From NCBI GenBank assembly GCA_966112955.1, contig CBHWEO010000001.1:35548-99547 (forward strand): a DNA stretch of 64,000 nt. The letters run 5' to 3'. Positions 38,738-47,683 of the stretch are shown here, piece by piece (positions within the stretch are counted from its first letter, which is position 1; the number at the start of each line of letters is the position of its first letter). The position numbers were made by a program, and so were the translations under genes. This DNA comes from an uncultured Duganella sp. (GTDB lineage: Bacteria; Pseudomonadota; Gammaproteobacteria; Burkholderiales; Burkholderiaceae_D). The notes beneath the pieces are model-generated. The model had not been told where the DNA came from. It saw nothing but the letters and a program-made list of their open reading frames with translations, and made no database searches.

Positions 38738-40372
38738 ATGCGCCCTGCCATGAACAAAACCGCTGCAGTCACCCTCCTGTTTATTTCACTGTCAGGCAAC
38801 GGTGCGGCCGCCGCCGAATCGCCGTGCGAAGGCATGCTCCGCGCCAGCCAGCCCGGCGTGCAGATGCAGTTGCCCAAGACGGTCCCGCGCGACGCGGCGC
38901 TGCCGGCGCATTGCGTCGTGCAGGGCATGATTGGTGCGCGTACCGGCGCGGATGGCAAGCACTATGGCATCCAGTTCGAAATACGGATGCCCGAAGACTG
39001 GCAGCAGCGGCTGTTGTTCCAGGGCGGTGCCGGCCTCGATGGTTTCCTGGGCCAGGCAACCGGAGGGATTCCGCTGTCCAGTTCCTCCGCCAGGCCCGCC
39101 CTCGCCCGGGGCTACGCTGTGGTCTCGATGGATGGCGGCCACCAGGGCCAGGACGCCTCCTTCGCCCGCGACCAGCAAGCCCGCCTCGATTACGCTTACG
39201 CCGCCATCGGCAAAGTGTGGGAGCAGGCCAAGCGCATCGCCGGGCTCTATTACGGGCAGCCGGCGAAATATGCGTATTTCATGGGTTGTTCCAACGGCGG
39301 GCGCGAAGCCATGATCGCCGCGCAGCGCTACCCGACGGAATTTGACGGCATCGTCGCCGGCAATCCAGGCTTCCGCCTCAGCTGTGCCGCAGTGGCGGAG
39401 GCATGGGATACCAGGGCCTTCATGAGCATCGCGCCGAAAGATGCGGCCGGCCGCCCGGTCCTGGCGGAGGCATTCAGTCCGGCCGACCTCAAGCTGGTGG
39501 GCGAGCGGATTGCCGCCGAATGCGACGCGCTCGATGGCATCAGGGACGGCCTGGTCAACAACCACGGCGCCTGCCGCTTCGATCCCGCCGTCCTGCAGTG
39601 CCCGGCCAAGGGGAATGGCGCTTGCCTCAGTGAGCAGAAAGTCCGGGTATTGCGCCAAGTCTTTGCCGGCCCCCGCAACAGCGCCGGGCAAGCGCTGTAC
39701 AGTTCCTGGCCCTACGACACCGGCATTGCCGCCGACGCCTGGCGCGCCTGGAAGCTGGGATTCTCGAAGGACGCCGCGAGGCCCGATGCGCTCAATGCGA
39801 CCCTGGGCGCCGAGGCAATGAAGAACTATTTCATGACGCCGCCGGACGAACGTTTCGACGTCCTGGCCTTCGACTTCGACCGCGACGCGCGCCGCGTGGC
39901 ACAGACAGGCGCCTTGAACGATGCCGTGTCGACGTACATGACCACCTTCGCTTCGCGCGGCGGCAAACTGCTCATTTACCATGGCATGTCGGACCCGGTG
40001 TTCTCCGCCAACGACATCATGCGCTGGTATGAGGACCTGGCCGCGGACACCGACGGCGGCGACATGGCGCGCACCCGGCAATGGGCCAGGCTGTTCCTGG
40101 TGCCCGGCATGACGCACTGCGGCGACGGCCCGGCCCTGGACAACTTCGACCCACTGGCCGCCATCGAGCGCTGGGTGGAGCGGAAGGAAGCCCCTGGCTC
40201 GATTCCCGCGAGGGGCAAGGCATTCCCGGACAAGTCGCAACCGCTGTGCCCTTATCCCGAATTCGCGCAGTACCAGGGCGGCGATGCCAATGACATCAGG
40301 TCGTATCGCTGCGCGGCCGGGCTACGTCCCCAGCGGCCAGGCCATGCCGATGGCGAGGGCGATAAACAGTAA
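38738..40372 (+). CDS. Tannase/feruloyl esterase family hydrolase (secreted)
   Basis: GCSNGGRE, HGMSD, VPGMTHC, FQGGAG.DG and QPLCPYP..A.Y.G. Confidence 0.92.
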   Translation: MRPAMNKTAAVTLLFISLSGNGAAAAESPCEGMLRASQPGVQMQLPKTVPRDAALPAHCVVQGMIGARTGADGKHYGIQFEIRMPEDWQQRLLFQGGAGLDGFLGQATGGIPLSSSSARPALARGYAVVSMDGGHQGQDASFARDQQARLDYAYAAIGKVWEQAKRIAGLYYGQPAKYAYFMGCSNGGREAMIAAQRYPTEFDGIVAGNPGFRLSCAAVAEAWDTRAFMSIAPKDAAGRPVLAEAFSPADLKLVGERIAAECDALDGIRDGLVNNHGACRFDPAVLQCPAKGNGACLSEQKVRVLRQVFAGPRNSAGQALYSSWPYDTGIAADAWRAWKLGFSKDAARPDALNATLGAEAMKNYFMTPPDERFDVLAFDFDRDARRVAQTGALNDAVSTYMTTFASRGGKLLIYHGMSDPVFSANDIMRWYEDLAADTDGGDMARTRQWARLFLVPGMTHCGDGPALDNFDPLAAIERWVERKEAPGSIPARGKAFPDKSQPLCPYPEFAQYQGGDANDIRSYRCAAGLRPQRPGHADGEGDKQ

Positions 40373-40960
40373 GCCCGTGCCGCGCTGCAGGCGCGCCATA
40401 CCCGGCCCCGCGAGGACCCGCGTGCCAACGGTGCCCGCCGCGATCACATAGGACAGGTGGGAGACGAAGGTGCATGAAACGAAGGTCAGGCTGAGCAGGA
40501 GGAAGCTGCGCACGTCCACCTGCCCCGGCGGCAGGAATTGCGGGAACACCGCGGCAAAGAACAGGATGGCTTTCGGATTGCAGCAGGCGACCAGCATCCC
40601 GCGCCGGAACAGCGCCAGCCGGCTGCCAGTTTCCGCCGCCACCAGGCCGGCCGCGCCGCTGCCCGGCGTGCCCTGCCCCGCAACCCGCCACTGCCTGACG
40701 CCAAGCCAGGCAAGGTAGCCAGCGCCGGCCAGCTTGAGCGCGGCGAGTGCCATCGGGCTGCGGTGGAACAGCAGGCCGACACCGCTCACCGCCAGGCAGG
40801 CCACCACGAACACACCGGCCGCATTGCCCGCCGAGCTGTAGGCGGTGCGGCGCGCGCCAACCGCCAGGCTGGTCGAAATGGCCAGCAGGACGCCCGGGCC
40901 AGGGCTGAAGCTCGCGGCCAGCGCCAGGCACAGGAAGGCAAACCATGTGGCAAATGTCAT
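40322..40960 (-). CDS. LysE/RhtB family exporter
   Basis: SPGPG, LKLAGAGYL.WLG and FRRG.LV...NPKA.LFF.AVFPQF. Confidence 0.9.
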   Translation of the reverse strand: MTFATWFAFLCLALAASFSPGPGVLLAISTSLAVGARRTAYSSAGNAAGVFVVACLAVSGVGLLFHRSPMALAALKLAGAGYLAWLGVRQWRVAGQGTPGSGAAGLVAAETGSRLALFRRGMLVACCNPKAILFFAAVFPQFLPPGQVDVRSFLLLSLTFVSCTFVSHLSYVIAAGTVGTRVLAGPGMARLQRGTGLLFIALAIGMAWPLGT

Positions 40961-40963
40961 GGC

Positions 40964-41587
40964 TCAGGACTCGTGATCCAGGCCATGTGCGGCAAAGCCG
41001 GGGCGTCCGGCCAGGCGCTCGTAATAGGCTTTCACGGCGGGCAGCACGGCATGTTCGATCGGCGTCGAGACCCAGCGATGCACCGACAGGCCGAGCACGA
41101 TGTCGGCCAGTGTGAACTGCGGCCCTGCCGCGTACGCGCCCGTCTCCGCCAAACGCTCATCGAGGATGCCCATCATGCGGTTCCACGCAACGGCACTGGC
41201 CGCAATCGCGTCCGGATCGCTGTGCGCCGCGCTCTTGCGCACCAAGGCCATGAAGGCATAGCGCCAGGCGTTGTTCAGCTCCGTGGCCTGCCAGTCCATC
41301 CACTTTTCAACGTGTGCGCGGGCGAGCGGATCGGCCGGCAGCAAATCCGTGCGGCCGTGGCGCGCGGCCAGGTAGCGGCAAATGGTGTTCGACTCCCACA
41401 GTGTTTCATCGCCGTCTCGCAGCACCGGCACCAGACCGCGCGGGTTGAGGCGCAGGAATTCCGGCGCGGTGGTGGGCAGGCCCGGCTCGCCCCAGGGCTC
41501 CAGTGCGTAAGGCAGGCCGATTTCAGCGCAGGTCCACAGCACCTTGCGAACGTTGATTGAAGTGGGTTTTCCAAGGATGGTCAGCAT
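40964..41587 (-). CDS. Glutathione S-transferase family protein
   Basis: SINVRKVLW, LNPRGLVP.L.DG...LWESNTI.RYL and FTLADI. Confidence 0.92.
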   Translation of the reverse strand: MLTILGKPTSINVRKVLWTCAEIGLPYALEPWGEPGLPTTAPEFLRLNPRGLVPVLRDGDETLWESNTICRYLAARHGRTDLLPADPLARAHVEKWMDWQATELNNAWRYAFMALVRKSAAHSDPDAIAASAVAWNRMMGILDERLAETGAYAAGPQFTLADIVLGLSVHRWVSTPIEHAVLPAVKAYYERLAGRPGFAAHGLDHES

Positions 41588-41689
41588 GGCGTGACAAATG
41601 AGTGATCAAGTGCGGCCAGTATCCCACTCAGCCAGGGAATTAAAAATCCCCTAAAATGAACAACATCTTTAACTCATGATTAAGAATCG

Positions 41690-42577
41690 ATGGACAAGAT
41701 GCGCAGCATGGAAGTGTTCGTGCAGGTGGTGGACGCCGGCAGTTTCAGCGCGGCCGCCCGCGCACTCGATATGTCCACCGTCATGGTCAGCAAGCACGTC
41801 GCCGCACTGGAAACACTGGTCGGCGCCCGCCTTCTGCACCGCACGACGCGCAGCCAGAGCCTGAGCGAGATCGGCGAGCGCTATGTCGAGCAATGCCGCC
41901 AGATCCTGCAGCTGGTGCGGGAAGCCGAAACCGGCGCGATGGCCATGCGAGCGGCGCCGCGCGGCACGCTGAAAGTGAGCGCGCCGGTGGCTTTCGGCAG
42001 CCAGTGCCTGGCGCCGGCCATGGCGGAATACCTGGACCGCCATCCCGAGGTGAGCCTGGACCTGGAGCTGTCCAACCGCCTGTCGGACGTGGTGGAAGAA
42101 GGACTGGACGCTGCGGTGCGCATCGGCCACCTGAAAGACACCGCCATGGTGGCGCGCCCCCTGCGGCCGCTGCAGATGATCATCTGCGCCGCACCGGGTT
42201 ACCTCAAGCGCCACGGCACGCCGCGCACGCCGGCCGACCTGGCGCGGCACCAGTGCATGAATTTCACGCACTGGCGGCATGAGACGCGCTGGCGTCTCGC
42301 CGGCCCCGCCGACGCGGACGCATCGCCCCCCGCCTGCCGCATGCGCTCCAACAACGGCGAGGCACTCCGCCAGGCTGCCATCGCCGGCCTGGGCATTGTC
42401 ATGCAGGCCGAAGCCATGCTGGCGGACGAAATGGCGCGCGGCCGCCTGGTGCCGATCCTGCGCGATTACTGGCCCACGCCACGCCCCATGCACCTGATCT
42501 ACCCGCGCGACCGACAGTCGACGCCCAAGCTATCCAGTTTCGTGGAGTTCGTGGTGGAGCGCTTCGGCCTGCACTGA
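41690..42577 (+). CDS. LysR-family transcriptional regulator
   Basis: GSFSAAARAL..S...VSKHVAALE..VG.RLL.RTTR; divergent from the GST gene. Confidence 0.93.
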   Translation: MDKMRSMEVFVQVVDAGSFSAAARALDMSTVMVSKHVAALETLVGARLLHRTTRSQSLSEIGERYVEQCRQILQLVREAETGAMAMRAAPRGTLKVSAPVAFGSQCLAPAMAEYLDRHPEVSLDLELSNRLSDVVEEGLDAAVRIGHLKDTAMVARPLRPLQMIICAAPGYLKRHGTPRTPADLARHQCMNFTHWRHETRWRLAGPADADASPPACRMRSNNGEALRQAAIAGLGIVMQAEAMLADEMARGRLVPILRDYWPTPRPMHLIYPRDRQSTPKLSSFVEFVVERFGLH

Positions 42578-42598
42578 GCCCGCAGGAACTGCCAGGGT

Positions 42599-43471
42599 CT
42601 ACTCCCAGGCCCGCGCCTTCGAGCGGTATGCCGTCCAGGTGAAACCCACGCCCAGCGAAAGGCCGCTGTTCTTGCGGAACAGCGGGCTGTCGCGATTCGC
42701 CGCATGCGAATAGTTGTCGTAACGGGCGAAGTAGAACAGGCGCCAGTCCTGCGCCAACTCGTGCGACAGGCTCGCGCCGATGCGCGTCATCATGAACCCG
42801 CCCACAGCCCGGTAGGCAGGACGCCAGGTGTTGGCATATTGCGGTGCGACCTCATAGAAATACTGGTTCAGGCGGGCGTTCCCGAACACCGCGCCAATGT
42901 TCGCATCCGCCCGCCAGCCATGCTCGCCGGCTCCTCTCGTTTCGAGAACGACCCGCGGCTCGAACACCAGGCCCTGGCGCCGGAAACCATTGCCGATTTC
43001 GAGCGGCGTGCGTAAAGGCACTTCCAGGCGCACACGGTTTGCCGCCGACGGCTCGGACAACAACACTTTCAACCGCGGACCGAATTCCAGCAGCGAATGC
43101 AAGTCCGGCATGCCGGAGCGCGCCGCCACGTCATCGGAACGGGCAGGCAGGGACAGGGCAACGCCGAGATCCAGCTCGACACGCTCGCTGTTGAACAAGC
43201 GGGCACTCACGCCGGAGCGGTCCGCCCGCAGCACCTTGCCGCGATAGATCAACATCGGCAATACCAGCGCGCGCCCGGAGTGGTCGGCGGAACCGGGGTA
43301 GGCAGGTGTCGATGCCGCACCCCCGAAGAGGCCGGCCTCCCACAGCGGCAGGTCCGGCGCCGGCGCTACTTGCTGTCCGGCGGCCGGCAGCGCCGTGGCC
43401 AGCATCGCCATCCCGGCTGCCAATGGCCGGACTACGTCGTGGAATCGGTAAAGCGCGGAAGAAGCATCCAT
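42599..43471 (-). CDS. MipA/OmpV family outer-membrane protein
   Basis: PLWEAGLFGG....PAYPGS, LP.LIYRG..LR, ARSGMPDL..LLEFGP and YFYEV; start uncertain. Confidence 0.75.
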   Translation of the reverse strand: MDASSALYRFHDVVRPLAAGMAMLATALPAAGQQVAPAPDLPLWEAGLFGGAASTPAYPGSADHSGRALVLPMLIYRGKVLRADRSGVSARLFNSERVELDLGVALSLPARSDDVAARSGMPDLHSLLEFGPRLKVLLSEPSAANRVRLEVPLRTPLEIGNGFRRQGLVFEPRVVLETRGAGEHGWRADANIGAVFGNARLNQYFYEVAPQYANTWRPAYRAVGGFMMTRIGASLSHELAQDWRLFYFARYDNYSHAANRDSPLFRKNSGLSLGVGFTWTAYRSKARAWE

Positions 43472-43561
43472 CTTTCGATAAGCGTCTGGGTTGGTGGGCA
43501 CAAGCGAAAATTGTAGCATTGCCAACTCAGCGGCCGGCGGCAGGCGATGACGGCGCCGCCT

Positions 43562-43575
43562 TTGACACAGATCAT
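43562..43575. promoter_or_regulatory. FNR/Anr-type box (TTGACACAGATCAT)
   Basis: Consensus match between the divergent MipA and L,D-transpeptidase genes. Confidence 0.65.
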
Positions 43576-43640
43576 TGCCGCCCAACTTGGCAGCCGATAC
43601 TGTCGCAACTGACTTCAAGCGATCAGGGAAAGGTTGTTCT

Positions 43641-45263
43641 ATGGCGCAGCGTACCGTTCTGGCCTCGCTCCTGCTGGTGTTTGCATTGCTGCCGGGACCG
43701 CCGCCTGCCATGGCCCAGGAGCCTGCATCGATCGCCAGCCTGCTCGATGCCTATCGCAGCGGGCAAATGGAAACAAGCCGGGCCTGGGGCCAAAGCATCG
43801 GCATGGTCCAGCAGTTCTACCAGGCGGCCGAATACCGTCCCGTATGGGGAGGTAACGCTTCGCCCCTCGCCCGGCAAGCGCTGCGCCAACTGCAGTCGGC
43901 CGCCGGGCACGGCCTGGCGCCCGAAGATTACACAGTCGATGCCGCCATGCCGGAACGCGGCCCGGTCACGCCGGCGCAGGCCGCCCGTTTCGAGCTGGCG
44001 CTGACGTCAGCGATGCTGCGCTTCCTGCACGACCTGCATACCGGACGCACCGCCCCAGACTTCACCTGGATCGAGGGCAGCCCACCACCACGCGATTTCG
44101 ACGCGGTGTCGCTGCTGCATGCGGCACTCCGCCACCAGCAATTGGACGAGGCGGTGGCGGGGGCGCAACCGCCGCATGCCCTCTACCGCCGTGTCCAGCG
44201 CACCCTGGCCGCGTACCGCGCGCTGGAACCTCGTTTTCGCGACCTGGCGCCACTGCCCCCATTGCCGGGCGGCGCCGCGGTCTCGCCCGGAATGGAATAT
44301 GCCTTCGCCGCCGAACTCCGGGCCCGGCTCGCACTCCTGGGCGATATGCCGGACAGCGCCGGCGACGCTGGCGGCGGCACGTATGACGAAGCGCTGGCCG
44401 ACGGCGTCAGGCGCTTCCAGATGCGCCATGGGCTGCAGCAGGATGGAGTGATCGGCAAGGCAACCATGGCGGCATTGTCGGTCCCGCTGGCGCAGCGCAT
44501 CCGCCAGCTCGAGCTGACACTGGAGCGCTTGCGCTGGATGCCGGCGCTCCCGCCCGGCCGCATCATCGTGATCAATGTTCCCTCCTTCCGCTTGTGGGCG
44601 CTGGATACCCGCGCCCAATCCGACGTCCCCCCGCTCGAAATGCGCGTGATCGTCGGCAAGGCCGCGCAAACGCCAACGCCACTGTTCATCGCCCGCCTGC
44701 GCCACGTGGAATTCCATCCGGCCTGGAATATCCCGCGCAGCATCGCGCTGCAGGAAATCGTGCCGAAACTCGTCCGCGATCCGAGCTACCTGGCCCGGCA
44801 GGACATGGAACTGGTGGACCGGGGCGGCGGCGTGGTCGATGGCATCCCCAGCGCCGCGGCACTGCGCTCCGGCGCCGTGCGGATAAGGCAGCGGCCTGGC
44901 ACCGGCAATCCGCTGGGTGCGGTGAAATTCGCCATGCCCAATCCGATGAATATCTACCTCCACGATACGCCGGCCACCGAGCTCTTCGCCAGGCAGCGGC
45001 GCGACTTCAGCCACGGCTGCATCCGGCTCGAGCGGCCGGCGGAGCTGGCGGCCTTCGTCCTGCAGGATGTGGAAGGCTGGGACTTGCCCGCCATCCTGCA
45101 GGCGATGGATCCCGGCCCCACCAAGGCGGTTCCCCTCAGCGCCCCCATCCCCGTGGTGCTGTTTTATGCGACCGCCATGACGGACCGCCAGGGACGCGCG
45201 CTGTTCTCCGACGACATCTATGGGCTGGACCACAAGCTCCTTGACGCGCTGGCCTCCAGGTGA
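43641..45263 (+). CDS. L,D-transpeptidase, YcbB/LdtD type, with peptidoglycan-binding domain
   Basis: VRRFQ.RHGL..DG.IG (PG-binding), INVPSFRL, NPLG.VKF.MPN...IYLHDTP and SHGCIRL. Confidence 0.92.
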   Translation: MAQRTVLASLLLVFALLPGPPPAMAQEPASIASLLDAYRSGQMETSRAWGQSIGMVQQFYQAAEYRPVWGGNASPLARQALRQLQSAAGHGLAPEDYTVDAAMPERGPVTPAQAARFELALTSAMLRFLHDLHTGRTAPDFTWIEGSPPPRDFDAVSLLHAALRHQQLDEAVAGAQPPHALYRRVQRTLAAYRALEPRFRDLAPLPPLPGGAAVSPGMEYAFAAELRARLALLGDMPDSAGDAGGGTYDEALADGVRRFQMRHGLQQDGVIGKATMAALSVPLAQRIRQLELTLERLRWMPALPPGRIIVINVPSFRLWALDTRAQSDVPPLEMRVIVGKAAQTPTPLFIARLRHVEFHPAWNIPRSIALQEIVPKLVRDPSYLARQDMELVDRGGGVVDGIPSAAALRSGAVRIRQRPGTGNPLGAVKFAMPNPMNIYLHDTPATELFARQRRDFSHGCIRLERPAELAAFVLQDVEGWDLPAILQAMDPGPTKAVPLSAPIPVVLFYATAMTDRQGRALFSDDIYGLDHKLLDALASR

Positions 45264-45292
45264 AGGCCGACCCGGCACCATTGCCGGGATTT

Positions 45293-45306
45293 TTGATCTG
45301 TGTCAT
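45293..45306. promoter_or_regulatory. FNR/Anr-type box (TTGATCTGTGTCAT)
   Basis: Consensus match, 69 bp upstream of a USP gene. Confidence 0.7.
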
Positions 45307-45368
45307 TGCCGGGCGGCCGCCCCGCCCCGACACTCGAAGACATCCATACGCACCCTGGGGAGCAAGCC

Positions 45369-46202
45369 ATGTTCAAGACGATTGTCGTCCACGTCAGTCC
45401 CGCCTCCGGCATGCCGGCAACGTTTGCCACTGCGGCCAGCCTGGCAAGGACCCATGGCGCACACCTGGTCGGTACCGCCGTCAGCGGCGTGGCGGAAATG
45501 AGCTATCTTGTGGCCACCAGCGCCGCCGTGGCAGTCATGCCGACCTTCGATATCGAATCCTTGCGCAACGATGCGCAGCAGCACCTGGACGCCTTCGGGC
45601 GCCAATGCCAGGGCGAAGCCCTGCCCTCGTACGAGACGCGCCTGTTCGACACGACCGCGGTGGAAGCGCTCCTGCTGCAGTCACGCTACTGCGACCTGCT
45701 GGTGGCCGGCAACCAGGACGTCACGGAAACCGGCCTCCTGACCACCGCCAGGCTGCCAGGGCACCTGGTGACGCGCTGTGTGCGGCCGGTACTGCTGGTG
45801 CCACCCGGCCACCATGCCAGGGACAACTTCAGCAAGGTCATGATTGCCTGGAATGGCAGCCCGGGCGCCAGCCGCGCGCTGGCCTTCGCCATGCCGCTGC
45901 TGTTGCGCGCGGCGCAACTGACGATTGTCGTCTGCAATCCGGACGATGAACGCATCGACATGGGCGCCGAACCGGGCGCCGACCTCGCGGCCTACCTGGC
46001 GCGCCATCACCGCAACGTGCAATTGCGCAGGATCGACACGGTGCAGCCGCCGGGCACTGCGCTGTGCGAACTGGCGCAGCAGCATTACGACCTGGTGGTG
46101 GCCGGCGCCTATGGCCATAGCCGGCTGCACGACTGGATGCTGGGCAGCACAACCGCCGGCCTGGTCGAACAATGCCCGGTTCCCTTGCTGATGACACAAT
46201 GA
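45369..46202 (+). CDS. Universal stress protein (tandem-domain)
   Basis: MFKTIVVHV, IAWNGS..ASRAL and DLVVAGAYGHSRL..WMLGSTT. Confidence 0.92.
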   Translation: MFKTIVVHVSPASGMPATFATAASLARTHGAHLVGTAVSGVAEMSYLVATSAAVAVMPTFDIESLRNDAQQHLDAFGRQCQGEALPSYETRLFDTTAVEALLLQSRYCDLLVAGNQDVTETGLLTTARLPGHLVTRCVRPVLLVPPGHHARDNFSKVMIAWNGSPGASRALAFAMPLLLRAAQLTIVVCNPDDERIDMGAEPGADLAAYLARHHRNVQLRRIDTVQPPGTALCELAQQHYDLVVAGAYGHSRLHDWMLGSTTAGLVEQCPVPLLMTQ

Positions 46203-46212
46203 GCGCCCGCCG

Positions 46213-46557
46213 ATGAATGCACGCGACGACGACGCCGGCGCCGGGAACCTGCTGCTGGTGTCGAACGAGATCCAGCTGCTGCTGGCGGAAGAACGCACCG
46301 CCCTGTCGCTGCTACGCACCGGCATCACGGTGTTCGCGCTGCCCCTGTCCGTCCTCGGGCTGCTGATCGCCACCTCCGGCAATTACCACCTGCACGATGT
46401 GGTCATGCTGCTGTTGCCGCTGCTGGTGCTGAGCGGGGTGCTGGTGGTGCTGGGCAGCTACCTGGTCATCCGCGGCTTGCTGGTGGTGCACCGCTGCGAC
46501 CTGCGGGTGCGTGAGCTCAAGCGCCGCAACCAGACCGTTGCCCATCTCATGGATTGA
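46213..46557 (+). CDS. DUF202/YidH-like small membrane protein
   Basis: LLAEERTALSLLRTG motif plus two further TM segments. Confidence 0.75.
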   Translation: MNARDDDAGAGNLLLVSNEIQLLLAEERTALSLLRTGITVFALPLSVLGLLIATSGNYHLHDVVMLLLPLLVLSGVLVVLGSYLVIRGLLVVHRCDLRVRELKRRNQTVAHLMD

Positions 46558-46581
46558 ATGGGCGGCCCCCGCGCACGCGGC

Positions 46582-46595
46582 ATGATCCATGTCAT
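46582..46595. promoter_or_regulatory. FNR/Anr-type box (ATGATCCATGTCAT)
   Basis: WTGAY-N4-RTCAW match, 63 bp upstream of the efflux adaptor gene. Confidence 0.6.
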
Positions 46596-46651
46596 GGCCG
46601 TGGCGGCTGCGCAACGACACACTGGGCACGTCCTGACTACCTGAGGCAAGC

Positions 46652-47674
46652 ATGTCCGTTCCTGTATCCCGCCGGCGGCGCTGGCTCTACGCCTTGCTGG
46701 GCGCCAGCCTGCTGGGCGCCGCCGCGCTGTCGCTCTGGTACCTGGCCGGCCCGCTTGAAGTGACGGTGACCCCCGTGTTGCGCGGGCCGGCAATCGATGC
46801 CATCTATGCCACCGGCACCGTGGAACCGACCGTCATGCTGCCGCTCGCGCCCCGCACCGGCGGCCGCCTGGCCGCGCGCCTGGCCGATGAAGGCGACCGC
46901 GTCCGCAAAGGCCAGCTGCTGGCCCGTTTTGACGATGCCGACCTGGCCGGCAGCGTCCAGGAACAGGCCGCCCGCGTCGACTACGCACGCAGCCACGACG
47001 CGCGCTTGCAGGCCCTGGCCGAACGCGGTTTCATCGCCAGCAGCGAGGCCCAGCGCGCCCGCTCCGAACTGCTGGCGGCGGAGGCGGCCTTGCGCCGGGT
47101 GCGCGCCCTGCGCGAGCAGAACGCCCTGCTGGCCCCGGCGGACGGCACCATCATCCGCCGCGACGGCGAAGTGGGCCAGTACCTCGCCCCCGGCCAGGCC
47201 CTGTTCTTCCTCGCCTGCTGCGCGCCGCTGCGGGTGACCGCCGAAATCGACGAGGAAGACATCAGCCGTGTCCGCGTCGGCCAGGCGGTCGTGCTGCGCG
47301 CCGATGCCTTGCCGGGCCAGGTGTTCGATGGCACCGTCAGCGAGGTGACACCCAAGGGCGACCCGGTGGCGCGCAGCTACCGCGTACGGATCGCGCTGGC
47401 GGCGCCCGGGGCGCTGCAGACCGGCATGACCGTCGACGCCAACCTGGTCGTGGCCAGGCGCGACCATGCCATGCTGCTGCCGGTCCAGGCCATCCGCGAC
47501 AACGCGGTGTGGGTGGTGGCCGGCGACCGGCTGCAGCGCCGCACCGTCGTGCCCGGCGCGCGCGGCCCGCAACAACAGGAAGTGCTGCGCGGCCTGGAGG
47601 GCAATGAACGGGTGGTGGTGCCGGACGGCGCGCCGCTCAAGGCCGGACGCTGGGTGCGTCCCCGCGCGCCATAG
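46652..47674 (+). CDS. Periplasmic adaptor (membrane fusion) protein
   Basis: N-terminal TM, ATGTVEP, GD.VRKGQLLARFD, APADG.I, and V.AEIDEEDI.RV.VGQ. Confidence 0.9.
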   Translation: MSVPVSRRRRWLYALLGASLLGAAALSLWYLAGPLEVTVTPVLRGPAIDAIYATGTVEPTVMLPLAPRTGGRLAARLADEGDRVRKGQLLARFDDADLAGSVQEQAARVDYARSHDARLQALAERGFIASSEAQRARSELLAAEAALRRVRALREQNALLAPADGTIIRRDGEVGQYLAPGQALFFLACCAPLRVTAEIDEEDISRVRVGQAVVLRADALPGQVFDGTVSEVTPKGDPVARSYRVRIALAAPGALQTGMTVDANLVVARRDHAMLLPVQAIRDNAVWVVAGDRLQRRTVVPGARGPQQQEVLRGLEGNERVVVPDGAPLKAGRWVRPRAP

Positions 47675-47683
47675 GGGGCAGGC

